NCBI GenBank assembly: GCA_031416315.1 | Contig: JANOTL010000094.1 | Location: 41,357-105,356, forward strand | Length of the DNA: 64,000 nt | Direction of reading: 5' to 3' | Origin: Pseudomonadota bacterium | GTDB lineage: Bacteria; Bdellovibrionota_B; Oligoflexia; Oligoflexales; CAIYRB01 | Shown: piece after piece, positions 46,165-55,555 of the stretch | How the letters are laid out: each line of letters opens with the position of its first letter | Numbering within the stretch: position 1 is the first letter of the stretch | The notes under the pieces: model-generated | What the model was told of the DNA's origin: nothing | What the model saw: the letters and a program-made list of their open reading frames with translations, nothing else | The model's database searches: none | Made by a program: the position numbers and the translations under genes

Positions 46165-46887
46165 TCAACGAGCCTCGAGGAATTCCCGGCTGGCCGGTGC
46201 CGTCAGATCCACGTACCGCGTGATGTGCTCGTCTTGCGCCGCCACTTCTTCCATGGTCTGCGCGTCGCCTTCGAGCGAGTCGATGTTGGAGGCGATGCCG
46301 ATCACGGCACCGATCGCGTCGAAGAGCGGGCCGCCGGAGTCGCCCGGCAAGCCGCCGACGTGCGTTCCCTCGGCAAACCGCGATACGGCGCGATTCAGCC
46401 CTTGCACCGTAATGATGCCTTCCGCGACGGTCTTCACCACATTCGTTCCAGCGCGAAGCGTCCCACTCGTGCTCGCGTCGTTGATGTCGGCGCGGCCGCA
46501 GCCGACGAGGCGCACGGGATCTTCGGCTTCGGGGGCCTCAGTGGCGACCCGCGGATACCGCGATACCGCGGGGGAAGCCGCGAACGTGAGGACCGCCAAG
46601 TCCAGAGCGTACGAAACGCGCCGCGCCGTCGGCCGGAATCCGCCGACTTCGACTTCGAGCGGCGTCCAATTCGCTTCGGCGCAATGCGCGGCCGTGAGGA
46701 GGGTGCTTTCCGAAATGAAGACGCCGGTGCACGTGCCCGATCCTGAGACCCGCAGACACCGGCTCGCCTCGCCGGAAGTTGTCACGACGATGCCCGCGCC
46801 GATAAGCGTGCGCGAGCCATCATGCGTCCCAGAGCCGCAACCGACTGCGAAACATACGAGGAAGGGGATCGATGGAAATCGAGGCAA
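46165..46887 (-). CDS. Trypsin-like serine protease, probable lipoprotein
   Basis: AVGC, LTAAHC, DLAV, GDSGGP. Confidence 0.85.
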   Translation of the reverse strand: MPRFPSIPFLVCFAVGCGSGTHDGSRTLIGAGIVVTTSGEASRCLRVSGSGTCTGVFISESTLLTAAHCAEANWTPLEVEVGGFRPTARRVSYALDLAVLTFAASPAVSRYPRVATEAPEAEDPVRLVGCGRADINDASTSGTLRAGTNVVKTVAEGIITVQGLNRAVSRFAEGTHVGGLPGDSGGPLFDAIGAVIGIASNIDSLEGDAQTMEEVAAQDEHITRYVDLTAPASREFLEAR

Positions 46888-46967
46888 GGCGGCGCTCCAA
46901 TGACGGCATTCGCTTAGTCATCGCCGCCTTTGGCGCAATTGTCCACAAAGGATCCCGCAGACAGCGC

Positions 46968-47234
46968 TTACACGCCGTTGGCAGAGCGCCCGCGCCGACT
47001 CACCGGCTGCTCCGGCAGCTCCGGCGGATCCTCGACCATTGGCGGCGGCATCGGATGCGGCTGGGGATCGCTCTCGGGCGTGCGCGTAGGTAGCGGCTCT
47101 TGCTCCGGCGGCGCGTGCGGTTCCGGATTGCGCTCCGGCGGCATTGGCTCCGCATCCGGCAATCGCGGATCGCGAGCGGGGACCGGATCGGTGGAAGGAC
47201 GAACGGGGGAATCATGATTCTCATGAGCGCTCAT
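46968..47234 (-). CDS. Small Pro/Glu-rich hypothetical protein
   Basis: AAGGAGGTG RBS and a sigma54 site; MSAHENHDSPVRP... Confidence 0.65.
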   Translation of the reverse strand: MSAHENHDSPVRPSTDPVPARDPRLPDAEPMPPERNPEPHAPPEQEPLPTRTPESDPQPHPMPPPMVEDPPELPEQPVSRRGRSANGV

Positions 47235-47263
47235 GGGACACCTCCTTGGCTGACCAGGAAGCG

Positions 47264-47279
47264 TGCAACACGCGTGCCG
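47264..47279 (-). promoter_or_regulatory. Putative sigma54 promoter
   Basis: Minus strand CGGCACGCGTGTTGCA. Confidence 0.7.
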
Positions 47280-47283
47280 CGGA

Positions 47284-48273
47284 CTAACGCCGGCGACGCC
47301 GCGCTTTCGAAGGCGTGCGCAGCCGCACGATCTGTTCCTCGAGCTCGTCATGCTGCATACGGACGAGCGCCATGTCGTGCGCCAGATCTCGACCGATTTC
47401 ACGACGCAACTTCGTCAAGCGCGCAGCGCTACCTTTTGCCTTGCGAAATCCCCACGCGACGTGCTTTTGCAATTCGCGGATCTTCGTGCGGGCGCGCGTG
47501 AGGCTTTTCTCGACGGCGCGCCGGAGGGCCATCACGTCGCCGATCGGCGCCGCCCTTAAATTGAGGGGCGCGCTCGCGTCCTGCGCGACGCCCGTGAGAA
47601 TGCGCTCGAGGCGCGCGAGGTCGCCCTCTTCGTAGGCGTCCTGAACCTCGTGCCAGAGCTCGCGCTTCTCACCGGAGGGATCGGCGTTGAAGTCGGGATG
47701 CAGCGCGCGCACCAGACGGCGGTAGACGACTTTCAGATAGCTTTGGGCGGTCTCGTCTTCCGCGTCTTTGAGCGTCGCGCGGCTTGCGCCGCGGCGGTCG
47801 CCCTCGCGTCCGGAGCTGCGCTCGTCGCGCTCGCGCCTTTCTTCGTACGCCTCGCGGAACCGGTCGAAGTAGTCGTCGTCATCGTCATCGTCATCGTCGT
47901 CTGGTTCGGCCTCGGCTTCGGCCGCTTCCGCGGCCGCCGCAGCCGCTTCGACGTCCGCCCAGAGCTCTGCGAAAAAGCCCTGCGCCTGCGCATCCTCCAG
48001 CACGGTCAAAGCCACGCGCCGCGAGCATCCCTTCCACTCCGCGTAAGTCTCGACGTCCTCCAGCAGCCGGCGCAAGGCCGATGCGGCCGCGCTGACGCGA
48101 TGGAGCTCCTCGACCTCGGCCGCGAACTCCGCGTCGACCCAGCGCTGAAAGTCGGGGAGATCGCCGTCCTCGAATTGCTTCAGGCGCTTGGTCTCGCGAT
48201 CGAAGACGCGACAGGCCTCGTGGTATCCCCTCAGCTCCTCGTCGCGGCGCTCTCGCGCGTCGACCAGGATCAT
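47284..48273 (-). CDS. Protein with internal J-like domain and coiled coils
   Basis: YRRLVRALHPD...WHEVQDAY; poly-Asp tract; GGAGG RBS. Confidence 0.8.
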   Translation of the reverse strand: MILVDARERRDEELRGYHEACRVFDRETKRLKQFEDGDLPDFQRWVDAEFAAEVEELHRVSAAASALRRLLEDVETYAEWKGCSRRVALTVLEDAQAQGFFAELWADVEAAAAAAEAAEAEAEPDDDDDDDDDDYFDRFREAYEERRERDERSSGREGDRRGASRATLKDAEDETAQSYLKVVYRRLVRALHPDFNADPSGEKRELWHEVQDAYEEGDLARLERILTGVAQDASAPLNLRAAPIGDVMALRRAVEKSLTRARTKIRELQKHVAWGFRKAKGSAARLTKLRREIGRDLAHDMALVRMQHDELEEQIVRLRTPSKARRRRR

Positions 48274-48520
48274 CGCGACCTCCGTCGACCGAGGTCCGCG
48301 CGAGCGTAGTGATGGAGTGCGGGACGAGGCCATGGTTCGGGATCCTACCCGAAAACGCGCGTCCACGGGCCAGCTGCAGGCTAAGCGGCGGATCTACCGT
48401 CAGTTCCTCGGATCTCGGAGCCGCGCCGCCGGTCCAAAAAAGCGTGCACCCGCCCGCGCCCCCGCGCATACTGGAACTCTCCCAGGATTCCCCGCGATTG
48501 CATGAACCTTAGGAGGTCCA

Positions 48521-49336
48521 GTGCGCCGCTTCCTCGCTCTGCTGCCTATGCTCTTTCTGTCCTTGATGGTCTGGGGTTGCTCGAGTCCCGAGAACTCGCT
48601 GAAGGAAGCTCGCGAGAAACTCGACGTGAAGGATTACGCCACGGCCCTCAAGGCGGTCCGTGAGGCGCGCCATCTCCTCCTGAAGGAGGACAAGCCCAAC
48701 CCCAAGATGCTTGGCACGGCGCGCTACCTCGAGTTCATGTCCCTCTACGACAACAAGAAGCCGAAGGAGGCCTTGGCGCTCCTCGGAAGAAAGGAGCCAA
48801 AGCCTTACGTGATCCCGCCGAAGGATGCCGGCTGGATGGGCTCCGCCGGCGCCGAGCTCGCGGCCGAGGCAGGCGACGCCGAGCTCACGAAAAAATACTC
48901 GAACGACTGCATCACGCATCGGCGCGCCGAAAAGGACGCGAAAGCCGAGATTTTTTGCAGCACGAACGCGTGCTCTCTTCTAGGCAAAGCGAAAAAAGTC
49001 GAGATGAAGACCGAGTTCGGTCTCAAAGCGCTCGACGTGGCCGTAACCTCCAACGCTGCGCCGCTCGTCGTCACCGACGCCGTCGCTTGCGTCCTCGACG
49101 GCGTCGAAGCCGGGAAAGCCCCGAAAAAGTTGCCGCCGGAATTCACCAAGCACGACGTCGCCGTCAAGAAAGCGCTCGCCGCGGACACGAGGGGAAAAGG
49201 TTTGCTCGCACGCATGGAGGCGCTCGCCGAGCCGGCCGTCGCGGCCGCGAAGGGCAAGGGGAAGGCCAAGGGAAAAGCGGCGGCGAAAAAGGCGCCGCCC
49301 GGCAAAGGCAAGAAGGTCGCGACGAAGAAAAAATGA
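48521..49336 (+). CDS. Hypothetical lipoprotein with Lys-rich tail
   Basis: AGGAGG RBS, VWGC lipobox. Confidence 0.75.
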   Translation: MRRFLALLPMLFLSLMVWGCSSPENSLKEAREKLDVKDYATALKAVREARHLLLKEDKPNPKMLGTARYLEFMSLYDNKKPKEALALLGRKEPKPYVIPPKDAGWMGSAGAELAAEAGDAELTKKYSNDCITHRRAEKDAKAEIFCSTNACSLLGKAKKVEMKTEFGLKALDVAVTSNAAPLVVTDAVACVLDGVEAGKAPKKLPPEFTKHDVAVKKALAADTRGKGLLARMEALAEPAVAAAKGKGKAKGKAAAKKAPPGKGKKVATKKK

Positions 49337-49570
49337 GCCTCCCTGCATTCAAGACGACCTTCTCCCCGGCCTAGGCCTCACCGCGCCCCTGAGCTCGAAG
49401 ACCCTGCGCGACCGGACGAAACGACGCCTTTCGGCACGATCCGACCCCGGCCGGCTCTGGCCGAGGAAGAAACATGAATAAATTCAATGACTTTGATCTC
49501 TGTGGCCTCGCCGCGGCGAATGTCCTACTGTAAGGCCCTCGTAACGCGCGTCTTGGAGAATCTGCCTGCT

Positions 49571-49975
49571 ATGACCTCACCTCTGAAGCCGACTCCGCAA
49601 ACCGTGGAATTGATCAAGCACAAGGACGGCACGGGTCCCTGGATCAGCATCACCAGCCAAAGGCCGAATGCGACCAGCGTCGAATGCATGGGCCGCCGCG
49701 GCGACGTCTGCATGATCCCGCAAGCGATGCTCGTGGGCGAGCCGTACGAAGTGCCTTTCAACGAAGTGCCGCAAGCGCAGCAAAAGGCCTACTGCCAACG
49801 CTTCGGCTTCGAGATCCCGCACTTCGAGCCGCCTGCCAAGCCGGTGAAGAAAAAGGCCGCCCCCAAGAAGGCCAAAGCCGGCGGCGCCAAGCTCGCCGCG
49901 CCGAAAGCCGCGCCGAAGCCGAAGAAAGCCAAGGCCGAAGACGAAGAAGGCGAAGCGTCCGGGGACGACGACTGA
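49571..49975 (+). CDS. Hypothetical protein with histone-H1-like K/A/P tract and acidic tip
   Basis: GGAG RBS; KKKAAPKKAKAGGAKLAAPKAAPKPKK then EDEEGE. Confidence 0.75.
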   Translation: MTSPLKPTPQTVELIKHKDGTGPWISITSQRPNATSVECMGRRGDVCMIPQAMLVGEPYEVPFNEVPQAQQKAYCQRFGFEIPHFEPPAKPVKKKAAPKKAKAGGAKLAAPKAAPKPKKAKAEDEEGEASGDDD

Positions 49976-49977
49976 GC

Positions 49978-50409
49978 ATGGCTCTCGATCAGGACAACTT
50001 GATCCGCGTCACCAAGACCTTCAACGCGCCGAAGGGCGCCGTGTACGAGACCTGCGCCGACGAGGATTTCTTCGATTTTTGCGGCGTCGACATCGACTCG
50101 GGCGATTGCGAGCTCGCCGTCGGCGGCGCCTACTCCTACGTCGTCGACGACGACGACTTCGTCAAAGGCGAGTTCCGCGAGATCAAGCCGAACGAGCGCC
50201 TCGTCTTCACTTGGCTGACGCAGGGCTTGGACGGCCCGACGGGCGAGACCCTGGTCACGCTGTCATTCTCCGGCGAAGGCGCGCGCAGCGAGCTCGTCCT
50301 CGAGCATTCGGGCATCAAGCATCGCAAAACGGCGAAAGCGCACGAGGAAGCCTGGGTCGAGATCCTCGAAGCGATCGCCGAGGATCTCGCCGAGCGCGCG
50401 AAAAAGTGA
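49978..50409 (+). CDS. SRPBCC/AHSA1 domain protein
   Basis: FNAP...VY, VGGAY, PNERLVFTW, LVLEH..., HEEAW. Confidence 0.88.
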   Translation: MALDQDNLIRVTKTFNAPKGAVYETCADEDFFDFCGVDIDSGDCELAVGGAYSYVVDDDDFVKGEFREIKPNERLVFTWLTQGLDGPTGETLVTLSFSGEGARSELVLEHSGIKHRKTAKAHEEAWVEILEAIAEDLAERAKK

Positions 50410-51107
50410 GCGACGGCGCCCCGTGGTCTCTTTTCTTCGACGGCGGCTCCGTCGGCAATCCGGGCCCCTCCGCCGGCGCTGCCGTGCTCACGCGACCGGA
50501 CGGCGAGATCCTGCGCGCGAGCCAGTTCCTGGCCCGTGCCACCAACAATCAGGCTGAATACACCGGCCTTCTCTGCGGCCTCCGACTGGCGCGCGAGGCC
50601 GGCGCCGCGCGCCTCGACGTAAAGGGCGACTCCAAGCTCGTCGTCTGCCAGTTCACCGGCGAATGGCGGGCGAAGGAGCCGCCGCTGCAAAAGCTCCTCG
50701 CCGAGGCGAAAGACCTCGCGCGCGCCTTCACGGCGGTCGACATCGCTTGGATTCCGCGCGCCGAGAACGCCGAGGCCGACCTCGAGGTGCGGCGCTGCCT
50801 CGACGCGCACGTGCCGAAGAGCGTCCTGGCGCAAGCCTCGTTCCAAGAGCTGGCGAAGCTCAAGGTCGGGGGCCAGGACGAATTCTCCCGTATGAAACGC
50901 GACGTGCTCCTCGAGCGGCTTGGCGACAGGAAAGTCGAGGCCCTCGCGACGATCGCGACCGCGTTCCAAGACCTCCCCGAAGGCAGAGAGAAGCTCGAGC
51001 TCACCGCCCTCCGCTGGATGGGCCGCGGTCTTCCGCCGGTCCAGGCCGCGCAAAAGGTCCTGGTCGACCTCGAGATCAGCCGCGCCGCGGCAAAACGCCG
51101 TCGCTGA
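50406..51107 (+). CDS. rnhA: Ribonuclease HI with C-terminal extension
   Basis: FDGGSVGNPG, TNNQAEY, GDSKLV, WIPRAEN.EAD. Confidence 0.88.
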   Translation: MSDGAPWSLFFDGGSVGNPGPSAGAAVLTRPDGEILRASQFLARATNNQAEYTGLLCGLRLAREAGAARLDVKGDSKLVVCQFTGEWRAKEPPLQKLLAEAKDLARAFTAVDIAWIPRAENAEADLEVRRCLDAHVPKSVLAQASFQELAKLKVGGQDEFSRMKRDVLLERLGDRKVEALATIATAFQDLPEGREKLELTALRWMGRGLPPVQAAQKVLVDLEISRAAAKRRR

Positions 51108-51519
51108 ACGAAAAATCCGCCGGCACCTCGATCCCGACACTTTGGAACGCGGCGGCCGACCAACCGTAGTCGAAAGAGATCTCCTCGCCCGCCGCGATCG
51201 GCCGCAGCGCGATGATCAGGATCGAGTCCTGCATCAGCACGAAATGCGCGTTCGGATCGAACGAGTGATTGTAGAGCGAGACGTAGCCCAGTGCGATCAG
51301 CTCGTAATCGTCGCGATGCGAGAACGTGTAGTTCGTCAGGAACGACTCGCTGAGCCGGCCCACGTCCCGGGCCGGGATCGTCAGGGCGGGGGCCGACTCC
51401 GCCGCCTCGCCCTGCTTGATCGGCTCTTTCGCGAAGACGCCGCGCCCTTTGTGCCCCGCGTCGCCGACGCGGACTTTGTGGCAGTGATAGCTCATCTGGC
51501 GGCGCTTACCCTTCGGCAT
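51076..51519 (-). CDS. SET domain protein (lysine methyltransferase fold)
   Basis: KGRGVFA, YNHSFDPN, ALRPIAAGEEISFDY. Confidence 0.9.
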   Translation of the reverse strand: MPKGKRRQMSYHCHKVRVGDAGHKGRGVFAKEPIKQGEAAESAPALTIPARDVGRLSESFLTNYTFSHRDDYELIALGYVSLYNHSFDPNAHFVLMQDSILIIALRPIAAGEEISFDYGWSAAAFQSVGIEVPADFSFSDGVLPRRG

Positions 51520-51536
51520 TTATGGGTCCTCTGGCC

Positions 51537-53021
51537 TCATTCGATATCATATTTCCGAGAGTAGACCGAGTAAGACGGCATCCCCTGGATCTTGTCGGGA
51601 ACGACGGCGACGAGCTCCAGCTTGTAGTCGACTCCGGCCGTGAAAATATGCTCAGGAATCGCCATCGTGCGGTTCTGGCCGGAGCTGTCGACGCTGGTCC
51701 AGACCACTTTCCCGTCGGCGGCGTTAGAGACGATCGCGTGCCATTGAAACGTCTGGAATTCCCCGAAGGGATTGCCGACGAGGAGCGCCGTGCGGGTCGA
51801 GGCGTCGTACTGCGCCGAGATCGCGTCGAGGCGCAGGTCCGGGAAGACGAAAGGAAACTCGAGGTGCCACGGCGACTCGCGGGGGCCGAAGGCGAGCTGG
51901 AAGAAGAGGGTCTCGTGCGCGCGCGGCTCTTTCCCGTCTTGGAGGATGACCTTTCTTCCGAAGATGCCGTCGCCGGCACGGCCGTCGTGGCTCTGGCCGT
52001 CGTCGGCGAGCAGACGATTGAAGGCGGTCATCAAGGGATCGCCGCTGGCGGATGTACTAATGAAATACGAGCCGTTCAGAAGCGAGGGCGCCCCCCGCAC
52101 CGCGACCGCTACCGGCGTGACGTCGTCGCGCACCTTCGTTATGAACGTGAGCGAGGTCTCGAAGCCGTCGCCGTCGTCGCGTGGGCGCATCGCAAACTGT
52201 GTGCTGATCCACTCCGTCCCCTCGACGAAGAAAGGATCCGTATCCGCCTCACCCGGCGTCGCGTCCGCCACGTAGTCGCCGTTCGCGTCCGGATCGAAGA
52301 TATCGAGCACCCCGTTGCCGTTGTCGTCGGGGTCGAGCACGTTCATGATGCCGTCGCCGTCGATGTCGGTATCCCGCTCGTTGGGAACGCCGTCCATGTC
52401 GAAGTCGACCGACGAATCGCGGCGGCCGTCGAGGAACGCCATGCTTTCGAGCGGCCGCTCGCCGATGCTGACCGAGCCGTCCGGGACGCCGTCGCCGTTT
52501 TGGTCGGAGGCCAGGTCCCGCGTCACGCGCAGCCCGTCTAAGTTATGAAACGTGATGATCGCGCCGCGGTTGATCAAGATCGGCAGCTCGCGGGCGGACG
52601 TGGTGAAGAACTGGCGGATCGTGCTCGGCGTCCTGTTCGGGATGGAGAGGACGGCGCTTAGCTGATAGTCCGGCGTGAGCAGCGCCAAGGTCTGCGGCCG
52701 GTGCGTACTGACCCGGGGCAAGGTGAAGAGGCCGGCCGCATCGATCTCGCCGACGCGCGCGATCCTCGTGTCACGCTCGATGGCCGCGACGATCCAGCCC
52801 TGCAGCGTGCGCGCGCCGCCGCCGTTCTCATCGTGGATGGCGCCGCGCAGCGTGGTGTTCGCCGTGGCCTCGAGCGTAAGCGGCGCCGGCCGCGACGGCT
52901 CGTCGCGAAATTTGCCGGACGTGCCGCTGCCCTGCAGCAAGAGATGGCGCGCGACTTCGAGCGGCGTTTCGCCGATGCCGCAGCCGGAGACGAGAAATGC
53001 CAAAGCGAGGAGCTTCTTCAT
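51537..53021 (-). CDS. Lipoprotein with Asp-rich Ca-binding (TSP3-like) repeats
   Basis: VSGC lipobox; DxDxDG repeats; LADDG...AGDGIF motif. Confidence 0.75.
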   Translation of the reverse strand: MKKLLALAFLVSGCGIGETPLEVARHLLLQGSGTSGKFRDEPSRPAPLTLEATANTTLRGAIHDENGGGARTLQGWIVAAIERDTRIARVGEIDAAGLFTLPRVSTHRPQTLALLTPDYQLSAVLSIPNRTPSTIRQFFTTSARELPILINRGAIITFHNLDGLRVTRDLASDQNGDGVPDGSVSIGERPLESMAFLDGRRDSSVDFDMDGVPNERDTDIDGDGIMNVLDPDDNGNGVLDIFDPDANGDYVADATPGEADTDPFFVEGTEWISTQFAMRPRDDGDGFETSLTFITKVRDDVTPVAVAVRGAPSLLNGSYFISTSASGDPLMTAFNRLLADDGQSHDGRAGDGIFGRKVILQDGKEPRAHETLFFQLAFGPRESPWHLEFPFVFPDLRLDAISAQYDASTRTALLVGNPFGEFQTFQWHAIVSNAADGKVVWTSVDSSGQNRTMAIPEHIFTAGVDYKLELVAVVPDKIQGMPSYSVYSRKYDIE

Positions 53022-53137
53022 GGACGGGAGACCTCGTGGTGTTAAGTACGATTTTACTCGGTACTCGCGCCGTAGAGGCCAGCCCGTCGCGCACGAAGTG
53101 TAGACGCCAAAAACAATAATTGAATTAAATCGATTGG

Positions 53138-53689
53138 TTACATCTTTCGGCGGTGCAGCGCCGTGAGCTCGATAGCGACGCTGTTCTCCGCGTCGTCCGT
53201 CAAGAGCACCTGACCGTCCTCGATCAAGCAGTGAAGCTTCATCGAGCGGTCGATCATCGCTGCGAGGCCGCTTTCGTCGCTGACGCCGAGGTGCGTCACC
53301 TCGAGGTGCTCGAAGCGCTCCATCTTATCCTTCATCCCTTCGTACCAAACCTTGGACGCGCCCTTTTGGTAGGTGTAAACGGAGACCCGCCGCGCCTTGC
53401 CGCAAGACTGGCGCAGCCTTTTCTCGACCGGTTGCCCCAACTCGATCCAGTGCTGGATCTCGCCCGTGAGATCGACCTGCCAGAGATCCGGCTCCTCCGC
53501 CGCGCCGAGCCCCTTCGTGAACGCCAAATGCTCGTGAGCGTTCAAGGCGAAGGCCACGAGCCGCAGCACCATCCGCAGATCCGTCTCCGAGGCGTGGCGC
53601 GCCACCGTCAGCTCATGCTCCTCGTAATACTGGCGCCTCAGGTCCGAGATCCCCAGATGCACTTTGAAAATCGTCGATTTTATGGCCAA
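53138..53689 (-). CDS. yaeQ: YaeQ family protein
   Basis: AIKSTIFK, ARHASETD.RM, EPDLW, HWIELGQP; GGAGG RBS before TTG. Confidence 0.92.
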   Translation of the reverse strand: MAIKSTIFKVHLGISDLRRQYYEEHELTVARHASETDLRMVLRLVAFALNAHEHLAFTKGLGAAEEPDLWQVDLTGEIQHWIELGQPVEKRLRQSCGKARRVSVYTYQKGASKVWYEGMKDKMERFEHLEVTHLGVSDESGLAAMIDRSMKLHCLIEDGQVLLTDDAENSVAIELTALHRRKM

Positions 53690-53716
53690 CTCGAGCCTCC
53701 ATCGAGGGAAGCCTAT

Positions 53717-55555
53717 ATGAAATTGAAGCTGATCGACGAGCTGAACCAGCGCTACCTGCAGCTGCACGGCGCCAAGGAAGACGCCTTCTGGGCGAAAAAG
53801 ATGGCGCACGCCGGTTACGTCGAGGGGGCGTTCGAGAAGCACGAGATCGCCCTCAAGGATTTCGTCGGCACTTCCAAGGAGCTGCCGCGGCTGCGTACTG
53901 AGCTGGCGCGGCCGGATCTCGCGGCGGACGAAAAGACCGGCCTCGAGGGCTGGCGCCGCTTTTTCGAGGTGAACGCCGTCGAGTCCGCCGAGGCGCGCGC
54001 CCTGCAGGGGAAGATCATCGCGATGGAAGGCGAGCTGGAGCGGGCCCGCGGCTCCATGCGGCTCGGCTACGTCGACCCCGTGAGCGGTGCGCACGTCGAT
54101 GCCGGCTCGGAGAAGCTCACGCTCTTGCTCGAGACTGCGCCCAACGCGGCCCTGCGCCGCGCTGCCTGGGAAGGCCTAGGCAAGATCGAGACGCACGTCC
54201 TCGCCAACGGCTTTCTCGACGTCGTCCGCGAACGCAACAAGCTCGGCCGGATGCTGGGCTTCGAGGACTACTACGACTACAAGGTCAACTTGAACGAGGG
54301 CTTCTCGAAGAAAACCCTGTTCGGCCTCCTCGACGAGCTCGAGCGCGAGACGCGTCGCGCCGCGGACGCTGCCTTGTCCAAGCTCGCCGCCGAACGCGGC
54401 CCAGCGGCGCGCGAGCCGTGGAATTTCGTCAACGCCATCGCGGGCGACCTCACCGCCAAGCTCGACCCGTACTTTCCGTTCGAGCTGGCTCTCGAGCGCT
54501 GGGGCCGCTCCTTCGCGGCGATGGGCATCGCCTTCCGCGGCGCCACCTTGGGCTTGGACCTCATGGCGCGCCGCGGCAAGGAAGAGAACGGCTTCATGCA
54601 CGGCCCCGGCCCGGGCTTCATGGACCACGGCACGTTCCGCCCCGCCCGCATCAACTTCACCGCTTACGCGCTTCCCGAGGCGGTCGGCAGCGGCTACCGC
54701 GCGCTGGCGACGCTCTTCCACGAGGGCGGCCACGCCGCGCACTTCAGCAACATCACGATGCCTGCGCCCTGCTTTTCGCAGGAATACGCGCCGACCTCGA
54801 TCGCTTTCGCCGAGACGCAGTCGATGTTCATCGACCATCTGGTCGAGGACGCGGACTGGAGGATCCGTTACGCGCGCACGCGCGACGGGGAGCCGATGCC
54901 CGTCGCGCTCTTGCACGAAGCCGCGCTCATGAATCACCGCTATCTCGCCAACGGTCTCCGCCGCCTTCTCGTCGTGCCTTACGCCGAGCGCGCGATCTAC
55001 GAGCTGCCGGAGAAAGACCTCACGCCGTCGAACGTCCTGCGCGTCCTCCGCGAGGTCGAAGAGCGCCTTCTCTCCATGACCGCGAGCCCGCGCCCCGTGC
55101 TCAGCGTGCCGCACCTGCTGTCCGGCGAGTCGTCCGCTTATTACCATGCCTACGTCCTCGCGCAGATGGCCGTCTACCACACCCGCGCCCATTTCTTCGA
55201 GCGTTACGGCCACGTCATGGACAATCCCGCGGTCGGCCGCGATCTCGCCGCGCATTACTGGGCGCTGGGCAACGCCAGGAATTTCCTCGAGCTCACGCAG
55301 GCGCTGACGGAGAAACCGTTCTCCGCCGCGGCGACGGTCGCCCTCGTCAATCGGAGCGAGGCGGAGGTCACCCGCTCCGTCGACGCGGCTATCGCCGCCG
55401 AAGCCAAGATCCCTCGTCATGCCGAAGCGGTCGCTCTCGACGCGCGCCTCGCGATTCTCCACGGCGATCTCGTCGTCGCCAGCACGGAGAAGGGCGACGA
55501 CTTCGCCGCCATCTCTCGCAAGTTCGGCGCTTGGGTCAAGGACCTGAGAGACTGA
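53717..55555 (+). CDS. M3 family metallopeptidase
   Basis: TLFHEGGHAAH, AETQSMF, YYH.Y..A. Confidence 0.9.
   Translation: MKLKLIDELNQRYLQLHGAKEDAFWAKKMAHAGYVEGAFEKHEIALKDFVGTSKELPRLRTELARPDLAADEKTGLEGWRRFFEVNAVESAEARALQGKIIAMEGELERARGSMRLGYVDPVSGAHVDAGSEKLTLLLETAPNAALRRAAWEGLGKIETHVLANGFLDVVRERNKLGRMLGFEDYYDYKVNLNEGFSKKTLFGLLDELERETRRAADAALSKLAAERGPAAREPWNFVNAIAGDLTAKLDPYFPFELALERWGRSFAAMGIAFRGATLGLDLMARRGKEENGFMHGPGPGFMDHGTFRPARINFTAYALPEAVGSGYRALATLFHEGGHAAHFSNITMPAPCFSQEYAPTSIAFAETQSMFIDHLVEDADWRIRYARTRDGEPMPVALLHEAALMNHRYLANGLRRLLVVPYAERAIYELPEKDLTPSNVLRVLREVEERLLSMTASPRPVLSVPHLLSGESSAYYHAYVLAQMAVYHTRAHFFERYGHVMDNPAVGRDLAAHYWALGNARNFLELTQALTEKPFSAAATVALVNRSEAEVTRSVDAAIAAEAKIPRHAEAVALDARLAILHGDLVVASTEKGDDFAAISRKFGAWVKDLRD

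Noticed and set aside
53138..54094. Apparent long overlap of yaeQ and the M3 peptidase
   Set aside because: Disappears when starts are set at 53689 and 53717, where family similarity begins
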